Below are positions 25,166 through 39,293 of a stretch of 64,000 nucleotides of DNA, one piece after another. The position numbers and the translations under genes are program-made. How positions within the stretch are numbered: position 1 is the first letter of the stretch; the number at the start of each line of letters is the position of its first letter. This stretch comes from Dicyema japonicum. Lineage: Eukaryota > Animalia > Dicyemida. The stretch is from positions 124,001 to 188,000 of the forward strand of contig RDEW01000067.1 in the NCBI GenBank assembly GCA_011109175.1. The letters run 5' to 3'. The notes beneath the pieces were generated by a model. That model made no database searches and had not been told where the DNA came from. It saw nothing but the letters and a program-made list of their open reading frames with translations.

Positions 25166-26829
25166 CTTTCGAATTGTGAATGGAATAAATATATTGATTT
25201 ATAATTATTAACCCCAGGCTTACCATTGTAAGCCCAGCACAAAGTCATAACTACCTAATCCAAGGAAAGAACCAAAGGGAGAACATCTGCTTGTGCCGAC
25301 CAAATCCATCTTCCAATACTTCATTACAAACTTCCGCTTCCGAAGAGAGGTGGAGAAGTAGATCCGCCCTCTTCCATTTTTGTCCCACGTCCTACCGTCA
25401 CGGATATCACTTCATTCTTTAGCGAATTAGTATTCATAATGCAATCTTCATCAGAAAGTTTGGTCAGGGAGATAGGTAGGAAAGGGTTTGGTCAGTGGAT
25501 ATATTGATTTCATTGTAGTTAATATTTATGTTTTCACATATAATAATAATCTTTCCATTTAAGCATCAAATAATAATATTTGTTCCAATGGACGTACTCT
25601 CCGTTTACTATCCTACGCATTTCGATATAGATAAATTCAAGCAGCTAGGTAAATTTGTTAAGAAAAAAATTGTAAACTCCATCGAAACCTGGGGCCTTTC
25701 AATTAGACAAATCTCGAATATTTTGTTCAAACAGATTCTTGAGTATTCAACAGACACGTCTTTAACATCAGTCATTCTTTTTCCGATATTAAACATTCAG
25801 AATTTAGACTTCTCTTTTTCCATAATTCTTCCCAAAAATGTGTGTATTTTTCATTATCAAATGAGATATTCATATTATTATGTCCTAAATTCAAATTCCT
25901 GTAAAAGAACCTTTTATTCAATTCAGACATTTGCTTTTTCATACGAAATTTCCTCCTTGATTCAAACGTCAACATATTTTTTTCTTTTTAATCTTGGAAA
26001 AGAGACGTAATTCAGGCCCTTTCTCCAGATTTTATCTTCTTGTATCCAAAGCGACAAAGCATGACACGCCATAGACTTCTCTTCAGTAGAAAAAGTCCTC
26101 GTAAAAAACTTTTCAATAAAAACAAAATGTGATTTCCACTGATTAATTTTCTTAGTAATATTTTCCTTCATTTTGAAGCTCAAAATCTTTGTGGTAAGAG
26201 ATTGGTAGGCAGTTTGCCAGCATAAATTATAGAGGAAGTTTGATCAATTGATGTTAGGTGATGAACTATAATCCAAGCATTAATAAACGATTCAGGCATT
26301 CAAGAATATCCACATCAACTTTTACATGATGAATTTTCTTGAGAATGTTAAATTGACTGATTCGTTCGTAACTCTTCAACTGTAGGGACACAACCGATTC
26401 AAGAGCGCGGCAGTCCATTGTACTCGACAATCAGCTGTTGAAGAAGACATTATTACACGTAAAACCGGAAATTTCGTGTTGTTTTGCTGAGGACAAATAC
26501 TATCAGCATCCGCGTCAGAAACATGTCGGACAAGCTCGGCAGCCGTTCGATTTGGGGTTTCCGATGAATTTAGATGGCTTTTAACAACAAGAGAAGTCCG
26601 CATAATCCGATGAATTTAGATGGTTCTTACCAACAACAACAATTAACTAGTAACATCATTTCGTATCTTTAAAATCTGAATATAATAATTGAATGAATTC
26701 TTTAAAATAATAACAATTATTAAATCGGTCATAATTATTTTTTATAAATAAATATAAAAAATGATAAATTATTGCAAAGTTTATGTTGGCAAACCAAACT
26801 TTATAATAAATGATTAATAAAATTAGGTA

Positions 26830-27790
26830 ATGATGATCTACTTGATACTTTTTCTGATTGACATTACTTTCCAGAAATTAAAACATCTAAATAATGAAAA
26901 TTTCTTTGATGAAGTTAGCAAAGCCGATTGGTATATTGTTGAATTCAGTATTTATTTGGTTGTAATAATTTTAGACAAAAATTTTTTCTTATCAACTCTA
27001 CATGAGGTGAGTTTACGTCATAAATTTTCCAAACTATCTAGAGAATTATCAGAACAAAATATGAAGTTCGGATATGTGGATGCAACTTTCAATAAAGAGT
27101 TGATCAAAAAATTAGGTATTGAAAGTTTACCAGCATTTGTTCTATTTAAAAATGGAACAAAGTCAGAAGAATATTATGGTAACTTTTATTTAGTTAAAGT
27201 AGGAGAACAAAAAATTGAAAAAATAAGAGATTATCTTGAAGATACAACAGGTCAGCGTTGGTTAAATAAATTCAACTATAAAGAAATATTTCAGAGAAAC
27301 AAAAAAGTTATTGTGATAATGGTTGATAAAAAATCATATAAAATTAATGAATTAATGAAAGTAGCCAATAATGCTAGTAAAGAACACAATGATGTTAAAA
27401 TTTTTAATTTTAATTTCAGATGGATTTCTGCTTTTTGGATTCCAAAAATCGTAAATTCCAATATCTTGAACATTTCTTTAAAGTACATGAATTTCCAGCC
27501 TTTGTTGGATTGAACACAGGAGCGGACAATAATAGAGTCAGTCGACACGTTCCAATTGGAACTTTTAATTCAACAAGTCTAATCAATTACTTTAACAATT
27601 TTCCAAATTCTAAACTCAACGTAAATTGTTATTTCAGTGATATTTAGAACAGTCAATCCGACTTGTATTGGAATAATAAAACTGTCGAAGTTATCACATG
27701 GAGAAACTTTTTTGGATTGTTAGACCTGATATGTATTAATCTTATCTAATTATAGTTGAAACCAATAATAGTTGAACGTGACTGCTCCAA
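26830..27790 (+). CDS. Second copy of the PDI-like thioredoxin-fold gene
   Basis: Near-identical to 10268-11230, with a few substitutions (I/M, S/A, T/K, H/R). Confidence 0.65.
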
Positions 27791-30700
27791 CCTTAGATAG
27801 CTTGGGTTTCTCTTTGGGGATTATTTTTGGTTTTTGATAAATTGAATTCAATTTCTTTTATTATAAGTTAGATTATTCATATTTTTCAATAAAAATTAGG
27901 TCAATCTGTTCTTATATTTTATTATTCATTCGAATTAAAACTGAGCCAACAATCACGAATGTTCGAAAAGATAAAATTTGTTATCTGAGAGACATCTGCT
28001 TTTTCCAACAGATTGATTGCTGGAATTAAGAGAGAAGAATTGAAGCGAGACTTGATTATTGATAACGTTGTTCCTCGTGTCCCAATTATTTTAATTTCTA
28101 ATTTCTCTTTTATAATTTTATATTTTGGTTAATGATCGTAGAAAATTGCTCTACGCATAAGGTTTAAGCAAAGTTAAATAAAGACCATGAGGTGAAATAG
28201 CGTACTTTAATGTGAATAGCTATGATCTGTTATCATATGTCAAGTCTACTACGTAATGACTTAGTATAAGAGACCCCAGAGAGATAATCTTGAGGGCCAT
28301 TAAAAGATAGATTATTCATATTTGAATTTTTAGTAAAATTAGGTTAAACTGTTTTCATATTTTGATATTTTTTGGAAACTAAAATTGATTTAATTAAAAA
28401 GATAAAGTATCTTACCCTGACAAACAGCTCATAGTCTTTATACCTTGAGATTTACAAAGACCTTATTAGCTACATTTTTGGCAGGACACGCATTTTATTT
28501 CAAGTAAAGAACAGTTATCATCACTAATTGATAAGAGGGAATTAAGGATGCTACTGACTCTTTTTTCCTTTTTGTTAGGTGTGATTCCTCTTTAGAAGAT
28601 CCGGATACGCTGTGAGATTTTCACTGATGACGTCGTCACTTGTCAAGCCAAAACAATTGACAAAAAAAACTTGTAAAATTCTTGTGTACTAAATCTATAT
28701 CAAACTGAAGTCATTTATTTTTCATTTTAGTATATAAATTAATTGCCATCTCATACCGACTAGAATATCATTCAGCTGGTCGAAGATCTCTTTGAAAGTG
28801 TTTATTAGAGATTGTGGAATATCCAGAGCATTCGTGCAAGATGAGGTGGAAAGTTCATTTTGGATATCCATGGAAATGTAAACGAGGAAGTATTTATGCA
28901 CGACCAAGTTAACTGATGCCTCTAACTATATCAAGATCAGGTAGATTCGTTATACGTACCAATTTGGCTGTTAGGGAATTGATCTTGTACAAATTTGATA
29001 TTGAAACCACTTCAGCCCATGAGGCACAAGCATACTCGACCGTCGGTTTTAAAGTTGCTTGTACAAGACGACTGCGCATTCTTGTGACGGCCTGGACTTT
29101 AAGAACGATTTCATTATATTCATTTTCCTAGACCCTTTTTCAAAACGTTTTCACATGTTGGGAAAATGTCATCACGACATGTATAATTTACTAAAACCCC
29201 CGAGTAGTGGGGAAAAGTTGATGGCTCTCCTTTCGTTTCATGAATGGGTGACACCTTTTTGGCTGAGCCACAAGACATTACTTTTTAGTTTTCTCAATAA
29301 AATCCGTACAATGTCCTGAGACAGTTAGGTAAATGGTTTAATGTCCATAAAATATATTAAAAATATTAATTCTGATGAAGTAAATAAGTTGCATATAAAA
29401 GATACAAGTACGAATAAAATTATAGCATTTTTGTTGAAAAATAATTTTCAACACAAATTTATTGTTTTATTTAAAACTGCCATCCATCCAAAGTGGACCC
29501 CGCCGACATTATCGACGTTGCGTTGCCTCTCATGATTGCAACAGAGATCAACTGGAGTGGCCACCGGGTCTCAAGTGCGTCGTGGCTTTTTAGTGTAGCT
29601 AAGCGTCCAAGTTTCTTTAGGAAGCGAAACGATTTTCCACTTATTTCTCCAGTTGTCTCGACCACTATCGGATAAAACGCGAATCGGTCGCGTAGCGCTT
29701 TGTATTTCTTCTCCTTTGCCCTCATCGTTTTTTCTGCGGAATACAGTGTGGCTACCGCGCTCCCGACAATGTTGGACGGGCAAAGCGTGTCGACACAAGT
29801 AGCGTCCCAGACCAAAGGTTTCCCCTCTTCGAATGGGAAAATTGTGATCCCGTAGGGACGTTTTCCGTCTCCTCTGTCCAGGCCGACAGGTTCTAGTATG
29901 GCTGGGTATCCCGCAGACTCCAGGGCTCGCTTGTCAATTCCGTTGATCGCCTTGTGTCTTAGTTAGTGGGTCCTAAGCTCGTTGAAAGTTATTTGAAGTG
30001 GCTGTTTGACCGAAAGGGAATGAGGCTAATATTCTTGAACCTGAGCTGGCTGTTTTTGCGGAGACGCTTTCCTTATAGTCTAAGGAGGGAGGCATTTCAG
30101 AAAGAGTTATCTTTTCTTTTAATGTCGATTTTTCTAGAAATGGTTTAGCCAGCAAAAGAGAGGTTGTTGGTCATAGAAACCTTATCACTGATTATCAGCA
30201 AAGCATGGCAGTTTCTCCGATTCCGAAACATGTCGGTCGTTTCAAAAACCCCTGTAGTGGTTTAACAGTCACTTGACTACAATAATAGCAGCAATCTCTA
30301 AGGTTAGTAGCAAATAGATAAACGCTGATCAGGGAAGTCGGCAAAATATATTAGAACCTAAGTAGATCGATAAGAATGCAAACCTCGTGGTAAAGTACAA
30401 GAAGATGTTAAACATGCAAAAGATGATTTGATCTGCGAAAAGTGGGAGTAAGTCAACAAAAGAAAACGGTCATCAAAATGCATTGTATGCTCCAGAAGAT
30501 TCCACGGAATGACCAAGAATATACTAAGCTATTATTTCATACTGGCATTGCCAAGCATGCCTCTCTCCTGGATGAACGACTCTCTTATCTCAAAGTTTTC
30601 CTTTCCTATAATATTCTTTAAATTCTCAAATTCTTATTGAGCTGATCTTGAACCTGGCTTATTTTAAAAGACCGCTGATTAGGATCCCCAATTGTTCAGA

Positions 30701-33072
30701 TTATCACATGTATTGAGAAATCCGACGACCTTGAGGACAGATATGCCTAATATGATTCGCCTAGTGTACACTTATTATTTATTCCATCGAAGAATAGAGA
30801 AATCAATCAAATCCGGAGTATAATTTTATTTATTTATTTTAATAACCCAGAAATGACGAGAAAGAGGATAAAAGTTATCGTCCAATTAAGTGATCCCGGT
30901 GTCCATACCAGTCCTTTTCCTGCGGTTAGTTTTGGAATCCTGGGTTAATCTCCCCAGCGGGGAAGGTTTCTTCTCATATCTCAGGCAGGCGTCCATATAT
31001 AATCTGATGTGCGGTTCGAGGAGATGGTTAGGGGACTTTGCCATCTCGAGGAAGTCCCGGTTACGTTCCGTAAGGTAATCCATGATTGGGGGGACGTTTA
31101 GTGTTCTCCGCAGTAACGAGGTGGACGTCTTTTTCGACGATCTCTATAGAATCCTGAGACATCGATTTTGTAAAGTCTCCAGCTTGCTCTGTGCCGATAT
31201 TGATAAGGGGGCAATCCATGCAGCACAAGCGTACTCGATACTAGGTAGTACAAACTGTTTGTATAGAAGTTCTAACGATGGGCGGGAAGACACTGGAGAG
31301 TGAGTGAACGCTTTAAAATTCCAATTTTCTTTTGGATCCTCGTGGTTACTAGGTTCACTTGATGGGTAAATGTGATTAGGGGATCCAGGATGACTCCAAG
31401 TATTGAAAGGGTCTTTTTAATGGGAAGTGGGGAGTCACAATGTTATTCGTGGTTCGTCCCGAGTATAATAAAACATCAATAAGTTCTTTTCTAACCCCAT
31501 AAGAGTTACTTAAATGAACATGGACAACAGAAAATATTATATAAGAAAAAATCATTGAAGGTGCTAGAGATGTGTCGATTGTTGGATGTAATAAAACAGG
31601 TAGCTCTGGCAATCGACTTGTCTCAACAATCACCTATCTATGAAAAGAATGCTCTCCGTGAAACTCCCAGAAACAATTCGCCACATTATGCCCTCTGCCA
31701 AAATACTAATTTTTGTTTAAAAGAAGGAGTCCAACCTATTCTGGTAGGTTCTGATTTTAGTCGCTTAGCGTCAAAACTGGCGGGCAGGACAGTTCTCTCC
31801 GTCCTTTTCGAACACATGCAACCACTCCAGGTTGGGGTTGGCACTCATGAAAGTTGTAAAGAGATAATTCATGTTGTGCGGACGTTTGCATGTAATCCTG
31901 GAGAATTGCTAGTCTTACTCAGTGATAAAAGGTTATGGATAAGTTTTCAAAGGTCGTATTTTATGTCGCTTATATAAAATTATGTTTTATTGGACTCTAA
32001 AAATATCTATATACTAAAATACTAGCTTTTGCATCTGTCTGTCAAAAAGGTTAGCACTTTGATTTATATTAAAATTTTATTAAGGAAAGAAAACAAATAG
32101 TCATATAGCGGCTGTCCTATTTGCGTGGCTATTGCCTTTTAGAATGGCTAGCGAGATTCGCTCAAATAACCAGCAGCGTTCACGAGGGTTTTTTGATCGT
32201 GTATAAATACGATTCCTTAGACGACTCAAGAATTTCAGCGTCGCAGGCGCAAGTAAACAAGACGTCTCTACGGCAAGTGGAACAAACAAAAAAATCCTTG
32301 GGTAGGACCGCGTACTTTTCCCGATTCAACCTCTCGGCATGATTAAGAGTTGAGTGAGTGCTAAAGGACTTAATGAAATACTCCATACCTTTTGTTGCAT
32401 TACTCATGACGTGTTAGGCAGATCCTTAGAAAAGGAAAGCCGTTTTTCTTCACCAGAATCTCCCTCACTGGTCTCAATAGTCTTTTGGTCATTATTCAAC
32501 ATGGATTTTTAAGCGTGCTGCACTTGAATGAAGATGCTCGCCAATCGTTCAAGCGATCCCTTGTTTTTCCTTATTTGTCTTAGAACTTCATTAAGAATTT
32601 CAGTATCCGTCCAAGGAATATTTTTTCAGAAAATCATAGTAGTCTCCCTCATGACGTTTGTCGGTTTGTTGGGCCCATTCATAGGCAGTGAACAAACAAA
32701 TCCCAGAGTCCTTCGTGATTAACGTACTTATAGGTTCTATGAATTCTCAAGGCTTTCACATAATTTTCATTGAACTTGATTTTTTTTGTGGAAAACGTAA
32801 AAATTGGGAATTTTCCCCGATTTCGGGGTCTGACTATACTTTGTCTACAATTCCACTAGCATCTAGTGCCACCATAAACACCGTTTTAGTACCATCTCTC
32901 ATCGAAAAAAGAATTACCCAGTAGAGTTCAATTCATAGCAAATTGAATAATAATTCAACAGTTTTGAGTATTTCAGAATTGAATATGTATAAAATCGGAT
33001 CAAAAAATACAGGAACATTACGAGTATTTGCAGAATCGCACTTGACCCGTTAATTAAATTTAATAAATTTAA

Positions 33073-36000
33073 AATAACGAATAAATTAACTAATTAATTA
33101 ATTAAGCGTATTTTGATCCAGATTGTTGGTAATCCCTCTTCTTCTCTTAGAAGAAGAGTGTGCCATAACCTCCCTGTTACTCCGCATCTCCACATCATAT
33201 TCAGTCAAAATATCTCCGTTAGAGTCCAGTGGGTTGTCTTCACGGCATGCCAGTTCCACCAGTTGGGAGGTAGCAGAGGCGTACTCTTCATCGTATACCT
33301 TCATCCCATGCTTATGTTCAATGAGCATACTTTCGAGCGTTCTCTTTAGTACAACCGATTGGATGTAAGTCCTCGTTGATTCTTCAATAGATAATTTATC
33401 CATATGATTCTTGAAGCATCTTGAGACAACTCCATCCCATGTCAAAACCACTGGAATAATCTTCACTTGGCATTCATAGAGCAGCGAAAGTTCATTTGCT
33501 AGCAAGTCATATTTGTGAAGTTTCTCAACTTCAACTTGCTTTAGTCGGTCTTGTGAGGTAATCCCCACTTCAATTAACGTTACTTCCTTCTTTATTTTGT
33601 CATACACGAAAATATCAGGTTTATTGTATTGGACTTTTGTTTCTGTCAAAATCGACGTGTCAACTCTAATTTCGACATTTTGATTCGTCAATATTGACTG
33701 AACCGAATGTCCTTTCAATTTCCTGCTTCTTTTGATTCCATAAATTCGACAAAGATGAAGATGGATGCACTTTACCACTTCATTATGTCTTCGGAGATAA
33801 TCACTATTTAGCATTTTTCCACACTGAGTGGCCAAATGATCAACAGTTTTCTTGCTTTTTTTACAATGGTTGCATAATGACCCCGTGTGTGCAAAAAACA
33901 AATTCCTATCTTGCAAAAGACAGTACAATGCTTCGCTCCGTGGGCCGTTATTTCCTTTGGATAACCATTCTGAGGAAGTATATAGGTCGACATTTGTTTC
34001 ATCAATACATTTGAACATAATTGAGTGTAGTGTTCTGCAATAAATTTTATTTAATAAATATTTTTTCTGAGTGTCCTTGAGGGACTTAATATCCATGCTT
34101 TCCCTGTCGGCAATTGCATATTTAGAGGCAAGAAATCCTGCGATTGTAGCCAAGTGCCATTTTTTTGTTTTTATTACTCGCAGAATCCCCGACCTTCGCA
34201 AACACACAGTCGATTGTTTTTCCAAACTTTTAAAAAACTGGAAAAGTATTAATTCGCTCTTTAATGAAATCGAGGAAAGTCCTCTTCCAAAAGTCTTCCT
34301 GTCCAAATACAGCCTCTCTTTATTTGCAGGTTTGAGGTGCAACTTGAGTGACGTAAGCAGTTGCCGTATTTGTTGGTCAATATCATCAAATTCGTATGGT
34401 TCAATATTAATTAATCCTATATAATAGTTATATAGGGACATTGCGTATTCATTTATTGCGCGAAATAAGTTCACAGAATTTAACTTTGTTTTTGAAAGCA
34501 TGGTTATTCTCTTCTTAACATTTTCAAGTATGGACTCCATAACTTTGCTTTTAAGAACATTACTTCCCTCATCTTCAAAAACACCCAAATATCGATATCC
34601 ACTGACTCCTTCCAGATTCTCACAACATGATAACGATTTAACATTAGACAGTGACTTTTCCGAATTCATCTCCAAGCCGGCAACATGAAAGAAATCGCGA
34701 ACAACTTCCATCATTTTAATAACAGTATCTTCTTTTAGCCCAAATATCTTTAGGTCATCAATGAATAACAAATGATTTGTAGAATAAGTCAGTGTATTAG
34801 GATCCTCCTGATTAATTTGGAGTCTTGGGAACATAAAGTTAAGGGTCCTGCTCAAGGGTTCCATTACCATAACAAATAGTTGAGGGGATAATGAATCTCC
34901 TTGCAAAATTCCCCGTCCCAGTTTTACAGAACCAATTCTTCTTCCATCTAAGTGGAGATTTACAGTCCACTTCTTGACTATGGTCTTTACAAAGTTTACA
35001 ATCCAACGGGGTATTCCTGAGCAGTCCAATACATGAAATAAAAATTCATGGTCAACAGAATCAAAGGCCTTCTTCACATCCACCCAAGCAGAATAAAGGG
35101 CGTTTCCATACTCCTTATTTAAGCATTGATTAATAAGGGCCTGTTCCTTAGCGCCCTGACAATGTTTCCTCGTTCCCAGCTGATTGTCAGATAATAGCCC
35201 AAACGAATCCACAAAATCTGAGAGTTTGGAATTAACACATTTGGTAATAAGTTTATATAAAGTTGGCATACACGTGATAGGACGTAAGTCATTAGGAGTC
35301 TCACAATCATCCTTTTTAGGAATTAAATAGGTTATTCCAGTATAAAACCAACTTTCAGGCATATATTCCCCATTAATAATTCGGTTAATCTCAGTACATA
35401 AAAAGCCATGTAAAGATTCCATTTTCTTAATAAAGAAGTTATATGAGCCATCGCATCCACACGCCTTCCAATCAGGGAGCCATTTAATAACATCCAGGAT
35501 AAACTCATTTGTGAACTCTGGCAACATGCCTTCAATACCAGTATTTACTTTACCCACACTGTCATATGGCACGTTCATCTCTTTTCTTTTAGACCACACT
35601 TTTTCCCAAAACGACATACAATCCTCATCATCGAAACCATATAACGTTACTTCATTGCTTGCTGATAGGTTCCGATAAAATCTTCTTCGATTTAATTCAA
35701 AACAACAGTTGTCCTTGCGAAAGTCCTTCCTCGAATGATGTACAGCTATTTGCTTTTTCTTAATTCTGACAAGGTCACATAGTAGAGCCTCAATCCTGGC
35801 AACCTCCCCTTTTTGGCCCTTTTGTATCCATAGGCACAAAGAACATCCATAACCTTTTGTTTTTCATACACAGGGAGAGCTTGTCTGGAAAAGCTATTGA
35901 CAAGTTCTAGTTCTGCCATCAGCTTTGAGATTTTCTTTTCAGTGTTCTCCAACCACGTACTTTGCGGTTTAACCTTCGCAGTTAAAGTCATATAAGCACA

Positions 36001-36663
36001 CTGTGCAGCATATAGAATATCAGTAATTTGATTGATATCTTGAGGCGGATTATCTTTCGTAATATAATATATTGCAGAATTTAGTCCCGACAAAACATTA
36101 ACTCTGACATACTTTCTCTGAATTTTGGGTGTTGGTTTTCGAGTATCCCTCGGAATTGACTTAATTTTCTCAATTTGTACTTTTAGTTCCTCAAGGCAAT
36201 TTCTGAAGGTGGAAATTTCCACATTAGTATTATTTTGCACTTTGAAACATTCGCCTCCTTTTACATTGTTATTCCGATTTTCAGGTTTCAGCATCTTTTT
36301 TAGTTGACATAGACTGGAACTCTTGGAGTACTTTTCATTGAACTTTTTGAGTACGAGGTTCCAGCCACCTCTAGGTATCCTTCCAAATCTTTGTTTCGTG
36401 GCAAGAAAAATCTGAGATACCCACTCAGCTTCAGAGACACAGTCGACCTCTTCAATAATGGCAGATAATGAATGCAAGTTGGTTTTGGCACCAATATTCC
36501 CAGCGATGTTGATATTAGTTCTTGTGACATTATCCACCCCCACAGACGACGGTCCTGCTTCTACTAAACTATCTTCTTTATTTGATTTTGCAGGAAGGCC
36601 CATAGGATTCGATTTCTCGGTATGATTAGAAACGGACATGTCAACACCACAACAACTACACGT
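33073..36663 (-). mobile_element. Near-intact R4/Dong-type non-LTR retrotransposon (single ORF RT-CCHC-RLE, one frameshift ~35810); copy-specific insertion
   Basis: ORFs 35746-36639 and 33098-35839 carry LRPITCMPTLYK, WVDVKKAFDSVDH, GILQGDSLSP, LFIDD, CNHCKK..DHLATQC and NKPDI..LIEVG..EKLHKY. Absent from the empty sites at ~19992 and ~51980. Confidence 0.92.
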
Positions 36664-36750
36664 TTTTTCTTATAAATAATATTATTTTTTTATAAATGTC
36701 AAATAATTTTTTAAATTTACATAATTATAAATTCAAAATTTTGTTAGAAA

Positions 36751-39095
36751 ATGGAAATACCCTCATTATATGCGCATTGCCTTGAACATATTCGAACAGA
36801 TTTTTATTTTAAAAAATGTGAAGAATTAAATGAAAAAACTAAAACATGATTTTTAAAAGAGTATTTAAGGAACTGATATATTCGAACGATCCATATCCAG
36901 ATGAAGATCTATATGATCAATATACGTTTATAGACACGATCTCAGATGGAGTGCAGAAAAATGTTTTCTGCGTTGAATTCATTGATGACATTGACGTTAA
37001 GGATGTTGTCAAAATGATTCAAGTTTATCCGAATTTATCGAATATTAAATTATGCAAAATAACTTCACAAAAGAATCCTTTACTACCATTATCACCCAAT
37101 AACGTCAAATCATTCTCACTTCAGAGTTATCATAACCCAGATATGCTACATTCCCTATTTATGACTGGATTTAATAAAATAACATCCCTTGAACTTGGCT
37201 GTATACATTATAGAAAAAAAATATTTAAAAACAGCACAATCAAAATAATGGATAAACTGGAAAACATAAACTTTATGAACGTTGTAATTACTGACTTTGA
37301 AGAATTTGCTGCTAACTTAAACTGTCCAGAGCCCTGTGGTTTAATTTATATCAAATTCAGTTATTTTACGCATATGAATAATTATTATGTTGTTGAAACA
37401 GATGATACTTGTAAAGTTAATTGTATTCCTCTTCTCGATAAAACCAACAATCTTAAATTTCTCGATTTATCGGGATGTATTGTAGACATGGAGAAATTAA
37501 CAAAGTTATCGATTATAATAATCATAGCTACTTAAGCAAAAAAGGATTGAAAAAAAATCATTTTGACCAACTTATAAGTTTCAATGTGAATATAAATGAA
37601 TGGGTAATTTTTACGATATAATATAGATTGATAAAGAATTACTTATAAATAACTTAATCAGGCCTCTCTTCACGTTCCAATGTGAACATAAAATGTATGA
37701 AATTTTAATGGGATTTGCAATTCGAATTACAAATTCCGATATAAATTATTAAGTCGATTTTTGAAAGTATTTTGAACATATAGTTTAGTTTTTGTGTCTT
37801 AAACCTATGGATGAAAATGAAGATCCAGAAAATTTCTTGTAAGTGAATTTGTTTTAATCCAGCTCTACTTTAGCCAGTATTATCAAAAACTAATCAAATA
37901 TCGTACCTTAACCGTTGGTATGTGTTGATTTTATCTTTAGTATGATTTACGATGGTATTTGTAAAATTGTTAAGCATTGCCGATTATTTAGTTACGAAAT
38001 GGTAATTTAATTTAAATTTTTAGAATGCTTGTAATTGTTTAAAGATATTACACTTTTTTAAACCATGGGAAACATCAATTTTCGTTTACACATTTTTTAT
38101 TTTAGTTGCCTTCGTTTTCATTCATTCTTAAAGGAACTTATTGTTGGTATGAAGACGATAGTTATGATTACGATTCATGTCGTTCTATTTTAAACAGCAT
38201 GAACATAGAATTTTTGACGTATCTTGGATATTCAGGTCTTGTGAAAGTTTAAATTAATGACGGGATAATTTTAGTACTGCTGTGAATCTTGTGAAACATG
38301 CGACGAGAAGGGTTGTGCATATTCAATGTATTGAGATATCTTCTAGGTATTTGAAATATATTTATTTAGACGAAAATGAAAGAAATGTGGATTTGTTTAT
38401 TGATTGGATGGAATTACTCGAATTCAAATTTTTTAGAAAGATTTCATTAGAAGATCAAACCATAATATCATAATTCCAATTATTAAAGTCGTCGAAACTC
38501 TAGCTAAATTTCAAAAAGCAAGAGGTTTACTTGCTACGTGTGGAATAATAGAAGATTTATTGTAAAGTAGTGTTTCATTAAAAGAAATCCTGATTACGAT
38601 GAACTTAATTTTAATGCGCACTATTTTATCTGGAGTTGCATGTGTCTAATACTAGGAGATCCAAATATTATTTTTCCAACATTTTAAATTTGAATATCGG
38701 TGATTTGAGTCCAAAGGAATTCATTCTAAATAAGATTTGTCAATTTATAAAAGAAAATCCGTACGAAGCAGATTGCGATATCCATAGTAGGTAATTTAAT
38801 TTTCTATGTCGAAGGTCAATGATACCAACAATAAAATTGTTAAGTATGAATACAGACGAGCGAATTTGGCTTTGGGTTGTATGGGAATTTGCTAATTTAA
38901 CCACTAAATATTCGTTAATCTTTACTTTAATAATAGCAAATCTTTTATGGACATGTTAATTCCGCATAACATTATTGAGAAAATTGAGAATATATGTTGT
39001 CAATCCAATATGGAAGAGATCCATTCATACGCTGCTATTTTTAGAACAAATTACAATGTTGTTATTTTTATTATTTTAGGATTATTAATCGTCAT
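36751..39095 (+). CDS. ZYG-11/ZER1-family gene, copy 2
   Basis: Near-identical to 20082-22430; one A is missing in a homopolymer near 36843. Confidence 0.7.
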
Positions 39096-39293
39096 TAATT
39101 AAATATTCAAGTAACAAATCTCTTTATTAATAAATTAACAATATGTATTCATTTCTTAGTCGCCATTACAGAGGCTTGCAACTTATTATTTATTGCTAGA
39201 CTGATTTTTTTTCTTACAAATCAAAATATGTTTTTAACAATAATGAAATGTGAAGCTACACTCCATGTTTATTTCTTAAACATTATTTTAATA

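Larger units (their letters stand above)
22554..39214 (+). repeat. Tandem segmental duplicate of 7152-22550
   Basis: Collinear near-identity beginning with the last 21 nt of KARS (GTCATTTTATTCCCGCGTTAA). Differs by deletions, an R4 insertion and a microinversion. Confidence 0.9.

Noticed and set aside
35800-35825. Programmed -1 frameshift between the two ORFs of the R4 element
   Set aside because: CC AAA AAG GGG is not a canonical slippery heptamer; R4-type elements have one ORF, and a lost G in a homopolymer explains it.
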